This document shows, one piece after another, positions 45,247 through 54,553 of a DNA stretch of 64,000 bases. Both the position numbers and the translations under genes were made by a program. How positions within the stretch are numbered: the stretch's first letter is position 1; each line of letters starts with the position of its first letter. The DNA is from Candidatus Micrarchaeaceae archaeon. GTDB lineage: Archaea; Micrarchaeota; Micrarchaeia; Micrarchaeales; Micrarchaeaceae. Location: NCBI GenBank assembly GCA_050013715.1, contig JBEKES010000001.1:14378-78377 (forward strand), given 5' to 3'. The notes under the pieces are model-generated. The model was not told where the DNA came from and made no database searches. It worked only from the letters and a program-made list of their open reading frames with translations.

Positions 45247-46197
45247 ATGGCTAAGGAAAAAGCAATAAAAGAATTAGAGGACTTGCCAGGCATAGGTCCG
45301 ATAGCAGCAGAAAAGCTGAAAACTGCTGGAATAGATTCACTGGACAAGGTTGCTACGCTTGCACCCCATGACCTGAAGGAAATGACGGGAATAAGCGTAG
45401 ATGCGGCAAAAGGGGCAATACAAGCAGCTAGGGAGTCAACAACAGTGGATTATCAAACAGGAAGCGATGTCTACAAGAAAAGAAAGGATGTTGGGAAAAT
45501 AAGTACTGGATCAAAGGAACTTGACGAGCTTATTGGAGGTGGATTAGAGACATGCTCAATTACTGAAACCTATGGCAGATTCGCAAGCGGGAAATCTCAA
45601 ATTGGATTTCAAGTAAGCGTTGATGTCCAATTGCCAAAGGAGAAGGGCGGATTAGATGGTAATGTACTATTCCTTGACTGCGAAGGTACATTCAGACCAG
45701 AAAGGATAGAATCCATAGCAAAGGCAAAAGGATTAGACCCAGAAAAAACACTGGAAAACATATTCGTAATAAGAGTTACAACAACAGAACAGCAGGTTCT
45801 AACTTTGGAACGTGCAGACAAGCTGATACAGGAAAAGAACATAAAATTAATAGTTGTGGATTCGCTTACTGCATTATTCAGATCTGAATTCATAGGAAGA
45901 GGTGCACTGGGTGAAAGGCAGCAGAAGCTGAACCAGCATATTCATAGATTGCAGATACTTGCCGATAAATATAATCTTGCAGTTTACATAACCAATCAGG
46001 TAATGGACAATCCTGGAATATTGTTTGGGGATCCTACCACTCCAATAGGAGGAAATGTGCTTGCACATGCTGCAACCACAAGACTATACCTAAAAAAGAG
46101 CAAGGAAGACAAAAGAATTGCAAGGCTTGTGGATTCGCCAAACATGCCTGAAGGCGAAGTAGTAATCAAGATAACACCTAACGGGATAAAAGACTGA
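45247..46197 (+). CDS. radA: DNA repair and recombination protein RadA
   Basis: LEDLPGIG HhH, GRFASGKSQ, EGTFRPER, VDS, ERQQKL, TNQV, DSP. Confidence 0.98.
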   Translation: MAKEKAIKELEDLPGIGPIAAEKLKTAGIDSLDKVATLAPHDLKEMTGISVDAAKGAIQAARESTTVDYQTGSDVYKKRKDVGKISTGSKELDELIGGGLETCSITETYGRFASGKSQIGFQVSVDVQLPKEKGGLDGNVLFLDCEGTFRPERIESIAKAKGLDPEKTLENIFVIRVTTTEQQVLTLERADKLIQEKNIKLIVVDSLTALFRSEFIGRGALGERQQKLNQHIHRLQILADKYNLAVYITNQVMDNPGILFGDPTTPIGGNVLAHAATTRLYLKKSKEDKRIARLVDSPNMPEGEVVIKITPNGIKD

Positions 46198-46201
46198 TAA
46201 A

Positions 46202-46966
46202 ATGCTTTTTCTAGTTGGACTCGGGCTTTCTGAAAAAGAAATCCCGATTGGAGCAATAGATGTTTGCAAAAAGTGCGACCTTTTCATAGATAGGTACACA
46301 AGTAAAATAAGCATAAGCACAACAAACAAGATAAAAGAATTGACAAACAAAGAAATTCAAGTGCTATCAAGACAGGAAATGGAAGAAGGCGCAAAAACAA
46401 TTATAAAAAACGCATCAGCAAAAGATGTAGCAATACTCTTCGGAGGAGATCCGCTTATAGCAACTACGCACAAAATATTCTACATAGAAGCGAAGAAGCA
46501 GGGTGTGAAAATAGAAACAATACATGCAAATTCGATAATAACTGCAGTAATAGGCGAGAGCGGACTTGACTTCTACAGATTCGGGAAGACGTGCACCATA
46601 CCGAGATGGAGCGAACATTATTCCCCAATATCTTTCTACGAGAAGATAGAAACAAACGTGAGAAACAAGGAGCATTCGATTCTTCTGCTGGATTACGACC
46701 AAAATTCAGAATCAACGCTAAGCGTAAAAGAGGCATTGGTTTCACTGGGAATGGCAGAAGAGAAATACAAAAAGGGAATAATAGCAAACTCAACAAAAAT
46801 AATGATAATGCACAACATTTCACTGGAAGACCAGAAAATAATATTCACAACAATAGAAAAGGCATCAACAACGGATTTCGACGACGGTGTAAACGTGCTC
46901 ATACTGCCGGCAGAGCTTACGGAAATAGAAAAGGAAACTGTTGATTCAATTGCAAAGGTAATATGA
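46202..46966 (+). CDS. dph5: Diphthine synthase
   Basis: LVGLGL, YTS, GDPLIATTH, SGL..YRFG, HS.LLLD. Confidence 0.92.
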   Translation: MLFLVGLGLSEKEIPIGAIDVCKKCDLFIDRYTSKISISTTNKIKELTNKEIQVLSRQEMEEGAKTIIKNASAKDVAILFGGDPLIATTHKIFYIEAKKQGVKIETIHANSIITAVIGESGLDFYRFGKTCTIPRWSEHYSPISFYEKIETNVRNKEHSILLLDYDQNSESTLSVKEALVSLGMAEEKYKKGIIANSTKIMIMHNISLEDQKIIFTTIEKASTTDFDDGVNVLILPAELTEIEKETVDSIAKVI

Positions 46967-48136
46967 ATGACATTGCTGACAATTTTTGACAAGAGTGCTA
47001 AGAAAGCCTATGTAATCGACCAATCATCTAAGGACATACTCAAGGGAAGCTTTTTCGGAACCATGGAAAAGGACAGGTTAATGTTGAAGATAGAGGAGCT
47101 TCTTTATTTAATAGATGCAAGGCGCGCAAAATGCGTATCGCAGAATGACGAAGAGCTTACTTTCAATGACGTTGCGTTAGCATTTACCACAAACAAGAAG
47201 TTCATGGCAAGGTATTTCACATACAAGGACTGGAGGGACCGCGGATTGATAATAAAAGAGCCTGACAACTCTTCAAAGGAAAGCGGCAAATCACAAACAC
47301 AAATTAAAAAATATAATTCCCAGCAACTTAAGCTCAAGAATTATAATCTCAACGGAATATTCTTCACAGAGGATCTTACTACCGTAGTTGATAATGAGCA
47401 AAAGGGAAAAGAATTATACAACGATCATTGGTTTGGGCAGTACGGAACCTATAAGGTAAAAGAGCATGGGCAGCTCAACAAGCTTGACATTTACGAGACG
47501 TTATTCCTGATAAACAACAACGTATTAAAAGTTTCAAACTTCACAAAAAAGCAAATAATTGAAATCGCAAGCAAAAGGCGCTCTGACTTCTACAAGCTTT
47601 ATGAAGTTTACGAAGACTGGAGAATCAAAGGATATGTGATAAAAACAGGATTCAAATTTGGAACGCATTTCAGGGTGTATTTTCCAGGAGCGCAGCCGAA
47701 CAAGACAGACAACTCATGGATACACTCAATGCATGTCATACATGTATTTCCAAGAGACACAAAATTGCTCATATCGGAATGGGCGCGTGTAATAAGAGTG
47801 GCACATTCCGTAAGAAAGACATTCATACTTGCAATACCTGGAAAGACAAGAAAGAAAAGGCTAGCAATTGATTTTGTTCTTTATCATAGGAAGAACAACG
47901 AGATAGAAAACCCCGATAAGATAAAGCCACGATTTGGAATGCTTTCACTGAGCGAAGAGGAATATCTTGGGGGAAGTGAATTATCTGCCATAATAAATGA
48001 GGCGAAATCAAACAGGCAAGAGTTAATAATCGCAATAGCTGACAGGGAAACTGCTGTTACCTATTACAAGGTAAAAAGAATAGAACTTCAGGGCAGCGAT
48101 TATGAATACTATGAAATAGACTGGCTGCAGCCTTAA
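46967..48136 (+). CDS. endA: tRNA splicing endonuclease, three-unit epsilon2 type
   Basis: Two alpha-like segments (YKDWRDRGL; YEDWRIKGY..TGFKFGTHFRVY), HS, RVAHSVRK, beta-like end DRETAVTYY; 389 aa. Confidence 0.9.
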   Translation: MTLLTIFDKSAKKAYVIDQSSKDILKGSFFGTMEKDRLMLKIEELLYLIDARRAKCVSQNDEELTFNDVALAFTTNKKFMARYFTYKDWRDRGLIIKEPDNSSKESGKSQTQIKKYNSQQLKLKNYNLNGIFFTEDLTTVVDNEQKGKELYNDHWFGQYGTYKVKEHGQLNKLDIYETLFLINNNVLKVSNFTKKQIIEIASKRRSDFYKLYEVYEDWRIKGYVIKTGFKFGTHFRVYFPGAQPNKTDNSWIHSMHVIHVFPRDTKLLISEWARVIRVAHSVRKTFILAIPGKTRKKRLAIDFVLYHRKNNEIENPDKIKPRFGMLSLSEEEYLGGSELSAIINEAKSNRQELIIAIADRETAVTYYKVKRIELQGSDYEYYEIDWLQP

Positions 48137-49020
48137 TAGTCATACAACTCTATCTTTGCTTTAAATGTCTCTTTATCTCCTTTACGCATGAGTTTTCTGT
48201 AATCATCACGTTTTAAAATATTAACACCACCTCCTCTTTTTCCCTTTGAAAGCGAGACATTGCTTATCGGTTCTAATCCAAGAAGGCCATCTCCACTATT
48301 CCATACCTGAATTCCCCAGGGAAAATCGTGCTCAAGCGACAGCCTAAAATCACAAGTACTATAATACATTATATTTGCATTTTTGTAAAGCTGCACGTCT
48401 CCGTTTTGTGTTCTTATATCCTCAAGATGTGCTGCATATACAATGGAATTATGTCTAGGACCGCCAAAACTATCAATCGAAGCACCTTCATATGCCTTAA
48501 ATGTCGGGTGCCATCCTACAGCATAGGGCAAAACATCATCGGATCTGTTTTCTATTTCTAATGTGAAAAAAAGCTGGCTTCTGCCCTCATCATTATCATC
48601 TATGCAATAAGTTTTTGTTAATTTATAGGATAAAGGAAAAACAGAAATCATACTCTTTCCTGGCACTCCAGTAAATGCATCATATGTTTGTGTTGCCACA
48701 ACCTGCGTGTCAGTTGCACTTTCTATATCCCAGTGCACATGCCTCGCGATACCGTGTTTTCCCATGGTAAAACGCCGATCTCCTAAAACGAGACTATCTT
48801 TGATTCCTTTATCGTCAATTGCCTGTCCCACGATGGGAAACATTACGAATTCACTAAATTTACGCCCCTCTTTTGGACGAAGCTCAGCTGGTGCTCCTCC
48901 TTCCCACATGACATTCAAATCAGATCTTGCAAAAGAAAATAACTCTCCTGTTTCACTGTTTATCGCTGCGCTTGTGTATCTCTTGCCTAAATTAATAACG
49001 GAACTCTTTTCAGCCAACAT
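48133..49020 (-). CDS. Aldose 1-epimerase / galactose mutarotase-like protein
   Basis: FPIVG, HGIAR, GWHPTF, LGLEP. Confidence 0.8.
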   Translation of the reverse strand: MLAEKSSVINLGKRYTSAAINSETGELFSFARSDLNVMWEGGAPAELRPKEGRKFSEFVMFPIVGQAIDDKGIKDSLVLGDRRFTMGKHGIARHVHWDIESATDTQVVATQTYDAFTGVPGKSMISVFPLSYKLTKTYCIDDNDEGRSQLFFTLEIENRSDDVLPYAVGWHPTFKAYEGASIDSFGGPRHNSIVYAAHLEDIRTQNGDVQLYKNANIMYYSTCDFRLSLEHDFPWGIQVWNSGDGLLGLEPISNVSLSKGKRGGGVNILKRDDYRKLMRKGDKETFKAKIELYDY

Positions 49021-49132
49021 CTACTTCGAAAGTAATCTATTGTGGGAAATACTTATAAGTTCCCATTAGCACAGCAAAAGCACAGTTTTATAAAATATTA
49101 CGTAAATTATATTGCTATACTATTGTGATCGA

Positions 49133-49786
49133 TTGCCGCAAAATCAGGATTTGTATTCAAAATACGGTGCAAAACTGTTTGTTGTTTCGGTAATTATCTT
49201 CATTGCAGCTATGGTAATAGCCCAAAGCAGCTACCCCTGCATGAAATCCGTATGCTACAACATTGGAACCAATCCGATAAGTGATCTGGGAAACACACTA
49301 ACATCTCCAGCGTGGCCAATATTCAATTATGGGTTAATAATTTTCGGAACACTACTTTTTGCAGGATTGCTGTTTCTGAAAGACACCTTTCCAAAAGGTG
49401 TTATGGGCAGAGCAGGACTTATCTTCCTTATACTAAGCGCATTCGGTGCAATGGGTGTAGGCACTGTGCCTGAAAACACAATACTTGCAATACATTCGTT
49501 GTTTGCTTTGATTTCATTCATGGCAGGAGGCCTTGGCGTATTATTGATCGGATTGTCAATCAAATCAGGCAATAAATTAAATGTCTATAAAGCATACACA
49601 ATAATCTCTGGAATTATAACCCTAGTGGTGCTTCTGGTTTTCACATTGCCATTGGGTTTGGGTCCTTTCAAAACATCCGGAAGCGGATTCGGCTTTGGAG
49701 GAATAGAGCGAACAGTAGTTGGTCCAGTAGTATTATGGGTATTTCTAACTGGCATAATGCTTTTAACAAAGCGCAAGCTCTACTGA
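49133..49786 (+). CDS. DUF998 family membrane protein
   Basis: NPISDLG, FN, GVG..PE, H, GGIER; GTGAT-CGA-TTG start. Confidence 0.8.
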   Translation: MPQNQDLYSKYGAKLFVVSVIIFIAAMVIAQSSYPCMKSVCYNIGTNPISDLGNTLTSPAWPIFNYGLIIFGTLLFAGLLFLKDTFPKGVMGRAGLIFLILSAFGAMGVGTVPENTILAIHSLFALISFMAGGLGVLLIGLSIKSGNKLNVYKAYTIISGIITLVVLLVFTLPLGLGPFKTSGSGFGFGGIERTVVGPVVLWVFLTGIMLLTKRKLY

Positions 49787-49800
49787 ATGATATAAGTATT

Positions 49801-49908
49801 CGGGTCCAGGGGGAATTTCCAAGCTTTTGATTGAATTCAAAAACCTATTTGAACCCCCGACCTACTGGTTAAGAGCCAGCCGCTCTGACCATGCTGAGCT
49901 ATGGACCC
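49801..49908 (-). tRNA. tRNA-Lys(CTT) with 33-nt intron in T loop at 59/60 (49815-49847)
   Basis: GGGTCCA/TGGACCC; GCTGG-CT CTT AA-CCAGT; GGGGG TTCAAA|intron|T CCCCC. Confidence 0.92.
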
Positions 49909-49951
49909 AAACAGAATAAATTATGTACAATAAGATTAATATAATAGTAAA

Positions 49952-51076
49952 TCATTCAACAAATTTCTTAACAATAGAATTAAGCTTGTTTACGTTATCC
50001 TTGTCGCATGCGACGATCAATCTTTTCGAGTTTGAAAGCACATCGATCAGCGTCTTGACAAAGGGCGAAACTTCTGTGAGCTTTCCCACAAAATTCTTGT
50101 CAGAATCAACGATATCAAGATTGTCCTTATTACCTCCAAAATTAGATACGTTAACTATAAAGTCTTCTCTTGCGAATCCCGCTTTAATTATCTCATCTTC
50201 AAGCTTTTTCACTTCAATATCTTTTTTTATCATTTCGTTGTATGCCCTTTTGAACAAATCTCTCTTCATTACCCTGTTTACAAGATTCACTGCTATTTCT
50301 GCATCGGAGTTTGCTATCTTGTATACTAATTCCTCATCATAAAGCATGGAGAGCTCCTGTGCATCAAAAACATTCTTTTCCAGCGCAAATTCTATCGCAT
50401 TTACAAGCATTTTGTTCGCTATTGTTTTTGCATGGTGCGCGTATACGTTATAGTACATAAAATACCTTGCAATCAGCAGCGATTCTGCGCCTGAAATGCC
50501 CTCTTCAGATATCGCAACCTTGTTTTTGTATAAAACCAATCTTGATTTAATGCGCTCGCTGTCTATTATGCCATAGGCAACGCCAGTATAGTGAGAATCT
50601 CTCATAAGATAATCAATCCTGTCAGAGCCAAGGGGGCCTCCAACAACATCTATCTTATCAGCTTCCTTGAAGTAGCTCATTATTTTGGTGAATGATAATC
50701 CTGAATCGGAAATTATGTCCTTGATTTCAGAATCTTTTATTATGTCTTCTCCTATCTGCTCATGCGTTTTGTTGAGATGCTTTTTTATTACACTCTCGCT
50801 TAAATGGGAGAACGGCCCATGGCCTATGTCATGAAGCAATCCGATGTAGGAAAATTCTTTAACGTAATCATCATATATGTTGGAAACCAGTTCCCTGGTC
50901 AAGCGCATCGTTCCGAGCGAATGCTCGAATCTCGTGTGGTTTGCTCCCGGGAATATTAGATGAGTAACATCAAGCTGCCTTATGTACCTAAGCCGCTGCA
51001 TCTCCACAGTATTGATTATTTTTGCTTCAGTCTCATCCAGTTGAATATTTCCATGTATTGGATCTCTTATCTCCAA
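49952..51076 (-). CDS. HD-domain phosphohydrolase (SAMHD1/dNTPase-like)
   Basis: IRDPIHG, QRLRYIRQL, HTRFEHSLG, LHDIGHGPFSH, DRIDYL.RD. Confidence 0.93.
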   Translation of the reverse strand: MEIRDPIHGNIQLDETEAKIINTVEMQRLRYIRQLDVTHLIFPGANHTRFEHSLGTMRLTRELVSNIYDDYVKEFSYIGLLHDIGHGPFSHLSESVIKKHLNKTHEQIGEDIIKDSEIKDIISDSGLSFTKIMSYFKEADKIDVVGGPLGSDRIDYLMRDSHYTGVAYGIIDSERIKSRLVLYKNKVAISEEGISGAESLLIARYFMYYNVYAHHAKTIANKMLVNAIEFALEKNVFDAQELSMLYDEELVYKIANSDAEIAVNLVNRVMKRDLFKRAYNEMIKKDIEVKKLEDEIIKAGFAREDFIVNVSNFGGNKDNLDIVDSDKNFVGKLTEVSPFVKTLIDVLSNSKRLIVACDKDNVNKLNSIVKKFVE

Positions 51077-51080
51077 AAAC

Positions 51081-51479
51081 TCACAATTTCTTTTCGTATA
51101 TGAAAAATATGAACATGATTACAGTAAGAGCAATCAGGACGTCAAGAACTCCGCAGTAGATACAAATGTTCTTGATTATTATCTGAGCGGTAATGGAGTA
51201 AAGGATTCCGCCAACTCCCAGTATGAGCCAGATGTTCCTTATTATCTTGTTTGGCTTGTAGAAAAATATAAACATCATCACCAAAAACCAAACGAGTCCA
51301 AGAATGGCCAGGGGAATGCCCAGAACATCAGAGAACGCACTGGTAAGTACGTTATGGCAGTTTATTACTCCTGCAATTGAAGGGCAAAAAAGTGCTCCCG
51401 GATGGAAATGAACTATTGTAAGGTAAATCGAATCAATAATTCCTAAAATCAAAAGCACGAATACGATTTTCTGTCTCAT
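51081..51479 (-). CDS. Vitamin K epoxide reductase (VKOR) family protein
   Basis: Loop cysteines C...C..VL.S, GIPLA.LG, CIYC redox motif. Confidence 0.9.
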   Translation of the reverse strand: MRQKIVFVLLILGIIDSIYLTIVHFHPGALFCPSIAGVINCHNVLTSAFSDVLGIPLAILGLVWFLVMMFIFFYKPNKIIRNIWLILGVGGILYSITAQIIIKNICIYCGVLDVLIALTVIMFIFFIYEKKL

Positions 51480-52810
51480 TTTTTCAATCCATTAACAAAA
51501 TTCTTTATTATGTTATCAAATTCGCTTGAATTTGGCTTAAGTTCATAATTCACCTGCACTATCGGCTTGTTTACATTTATTAAATTTCTTAGGTTTGTAG
51601 GTGTTGCAGAAACTATCACATCACAATCAGCATTGTTGACGCTGGTTTCCAGGTCTTTTATCTGCTTTGGACTGTAGCCAATGGCTGGCATTTCCAAGTC
51701 TAATTTTGGATACTTATCAAACATTTTCTTTATTTCACCAACAGCATAGTCCTTTGCCCTTACTATCTCCTTTGCACCGTATTCCTTAGCTGCGACCATG
51801 CCTGCTCCGAGCCTCATTCCTCCGTGGGTTATTGTTGGCCCATCCTCTATTACCAAAACGCGCTTCCCTTTTATCAATTTAGGATTATCTGGTATTACAA
51901 TGGAATCTGCATATACGACTTTTGCGTTTTTGTTTAACTCTTTGATATTTTTCTCAAGAAGCCTTAATTCTTCTTTGGTTGCAGAATTGACCTTGTTTAT
52001 GATTATTACATCTGCCATGCGCGCAACTGTAGCTCCGGGATAGTAATTCAATTCATTGCCTGCACGGAGCGGATCCGTAACTGCGATGGACAAATCCGGT
52101 CTGTAGAAAGAAGTATCGTTGTTACCTCCATCCCATATTATCAAGTCAGATTCACTTTCTGCTTGGTGTAGTATCTTTTCATAGTCAACTCCAGCATAAA
52201 CGATAAACCTATTTCTTATATGCGGTTCGTAATCTTCGCGTTCTTCTATTGTTGTTTTGTATTTGTCCAGGTCTTTCATCGTTGCAAATCTTTCAACTGC
52301 CTGGTCCTTTAGTATTCCATAGGGCATCGGATGTCTTATAACGACAATTTTCAGCCCTAGATCCCTAAGCAATCTGGAAACATATCTTGCGGTTTGGCTT
52401 TTTCCGCTGCCTGTCCTTACTGCGCAAATGGAAATTATCGGTTTTGAAGACTTAAGCATTGTTCTTTCAGGTGCAATGAGCCAGAAATCTGCCCCATTCG
52501 CATTGCATAGGCTTGCCTTTTCCATTACTGTGTCGTAGGGAAGATCGCTATAGGCCATTATGCAAATGTCTACCTTGAATTTCTTTATTAGCCAAGGAAG
52601 CTCTGATTCATCATATATCTTTATTCCGTTAGGGTAAAGCTTTCCGCTCAATTCCTTCGGATACATCCTATCTGATATGTAGGGTATCTGCGCTGCTGTG
52701 AATGCAACTACCTCATAGGATGGATCTGCCCTGAAAAGAACGTTGTAGTCATGGAAATCGCGACCCGCTGCTCCGATTATTATAACTTTTTTCTTATCCA
52801 CAAAACTCAT
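51476..52810 (-). CDS. Cyclic 2,3-diphosphoglycerate synthase-like P-loop GTPase
   Basis: GAAGRDFHD, RTGSGKSQ, RHPMPYG, WDGGNND, EDGPT.THG. Confidence 0.85.
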   Translation of the reverse strand: MSFVDKKKVIIIGAAGRDFHDYNVLFRADPSYEVVAFTAAQIPYISDRMYPKELSGKLYPNGIKIYDESELPWLIKKFKVDICIMAYSDLPYDTVMEKASLCNANGADFWLIAPERTMLKSSKPIISICAVRTGSGKSQTARYVSRLLRDLGLKIVVIRHPMPYGILKDQAVERFATMKDLDKYKTTIEEREDYEPHIRNRFIVYAGVDYEKILHQAESESDLIIWDGGNNDTSFYRPDLSIAVTDPLRAGNELNYYPGATVARMADVIIINKVNSATKEELRLLEKNIKELNKNAKVVYADSIVIPDNPKLIKGKRVLVIEDGPTITHGGMRLGAGMVAAKEYGAKEIVRAKDYAVGEIKKMFDKYPKLDLEMPAIGYSPKQIKDLETSVNNADCDVIVSATPTNLRNLINVNKPIVQVNYELKPNSSEFDNIIKNFVNGLKK

Positions 52811-52812
52811 CT

Positions 52813-53883
52813 CTAATATAATGCTTTGATTCCTTCGTATCTAAATACTTTTGGTGGCTTTCCAAACATTTTTATTTTTGCATGGCAGTTTTTGCATTTG
52901 TTGTCCTTGTCAAGTGCCCATTCATTTATATAAAAACCTAATCTTTTTATTACAACATTATTGCATGATGGACAGTATGTGCTTTCGTAAGCATTTCCAG
53001 GAACATTCCCAACATAGGCATAGTTCAACCCGTTCTTTTTCGCAATTTTATAATGTGATTCAAGCGTTTTATAATCTGTTTCAACTGAATCAAGCATCTT
53101 GTAATCCGGATGGAATCTTGTAAACTGAATTGGAACATCTGCACCGAGGTTTTCAACTATCCAGTTTGTCAATTTATCGCACGCGTCCAATGATTCGCCG
53201 ACTTTCGGAATTATAAGATCTGTAATCTCTAAATGCACTCCTGCATTCTTTAGCATTACAAGGCTTTCTTTTACCGGCTCATTTGAAAGTACTGTTTCAT
53301 ACTTGTTTGAAAATTTCTCATCTCCATTGCCCTTGAAATTTATTACCGCTGCATCTATCTTTCCAGTCATTTCTTTTACTGTTTCTTCTGTCATGTACCC
53401 GTTCGTAACAAAAAGATTATAAAGCCCTTTTTTGTGTGCTATTTTTGCAACATCAATTGCATACTCGATGAATATCGTGGGCTCATTATAGGTATAGGCG
53501 ATGCTTTGCGCGTTGTTTTTAATCGCAAGATCTACAACCTCTTCAGGGTCAAGATCAACTCCGTTTATTTCCCTATCTCTTGATATATTATGATTCTGGC
53601 AGAAAAGACATCCCCAATTACATGAGGAAGTTCCAATTCCGAATACGTAGCTTCCTGGCATGAAATGGTTGAATGGTTTCTTTTCTATTGGATCTACTTG
53701 CATCGCTTCAAGAGTTCCGTAATTTATAAGATGCAACTTGCCTCCTATGTTCTTCCTAACAAAGCAAAATCCTGCAGAATTTTCAGGTATTCTGCATTTT
53801 CTGGCGCAGGCAGTGCATTCTACTTTTTTATCGCTCAATCTATTCCACAGCCGTGCTACCCTGTCCATAATATGGTATTGCAT
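52813..53883 (-). CDS. AmmeMemoRadiSam system radical SAM enzyme
   Basis: CTAC..C, DPIEKKP, CNWGCLFCQN, YTYNEP, RFHP.YK, YVGN. Confidence 0.9.
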   Translation of the reverse strand: MQYHIMDRVARLWNRLSDKKVECTACARKCRIPENSAGFCFVRKNIGGKLHLINYGTLEAMQVDPIEKKPFNHFMPGSYVFGIGTSSCNWGCLFCQNHNISRDREINGVDLDPEEVVDLAIKNNAQSIAYTYNEPTIFIEYAIDVAKIAHKKGLYNLFVTNGYMTEETVKEMTGKIDAAVINFKGNGDEKFSNKYETVLSNEPVKESLVMLKNAGVHLEITDLIIPKVGESLDACDKLTNWIVENLGADVPIQFTRFHPDYKMLDSVETDYKTLESHYKIAKKNGLNYAYVGNVPGNAYESTYCPSCNNVVIKRLGFYINEWALDKDNKCKNCHAKIKMFGKPPKVFRYEGIKALY

Positions 53884-53986
53884 TTCGGAATATTTATTAG
53901 TTCTGAATCAATACGTACAGAACTAAATCAATAAAAATGTAAAAATAAAGTAAAGAAAAATTTAACTAATAACTGAAGGATTCCAA

Positions 53987-54298
53987 TTATGCCTTTTTCG
54001 CATCTAATTCGGGATGCAATCCTCTTAGAAATTCAGCAGGATCATCTACAATCGAAAAACTATTTATATCCTCTTTATTTCCTTTATTTGGACCGGTAAT
54101 ATATTTTACGGTTACATCTTCTATACTCTCTGCATGTGGGCCATAACGCACTAATTCAGCAAAGTCAAAATCACCGTCTCTGCTTTGTACCAAAACCAAT
54201 CTGCTTTCTAACTGGGTTCTTGATAAAACCTTCAATGTTCCTTTAATCACTCTATCTGCTAATTCTTTTCATCCATTATCTGCTGATTTTATTGTCAT
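53987..54298 (-). pseudogene. Hypothetical gene with in-frame TGA at codon 10 (or short gene from GTG 54250)
   Basis: GTGATAAT-ATG ACA ATA AAA TCA GCA GAT AAT GGA TGA AAA..., in frame with the 87-aa ORF. Confidence 0.55.
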
Positions 54299-54553
54299 AT
54301 TATCACATAAACTTTTTATCCAATATAATATATATAGATTTCTAGGAGCGTAATTAAACTAAACTCCATCAATTAATCTAAAATATACTGTTTATAGAGC
54401 AAAAAATTATCTAAATTAGGAAAATTAATATACTTTTGGGTCTCTAAAAAAAGGCCCGAAAATAAGGTATTTTTACGCTAAAATATCTCAACATAGAAAG
54501 GGTTTTAAAGTTAAAAAACAGAGTAATTATATCTAATTTGGCTACTGGTTGTA

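Noticed and set aside
54269..54271. Genome-wide TGA recoding or selenocysteine
   Set aside because: TGA terminates conserved genes (polB, radA, gyrB) at expected positions; single case with no supporting context
54300..54553. Replication origin in the AT-rich spacer before gyrB
   Set aside because: No ORB-like repeats or adjacent cdc6/orc1; explained by divergent promoters
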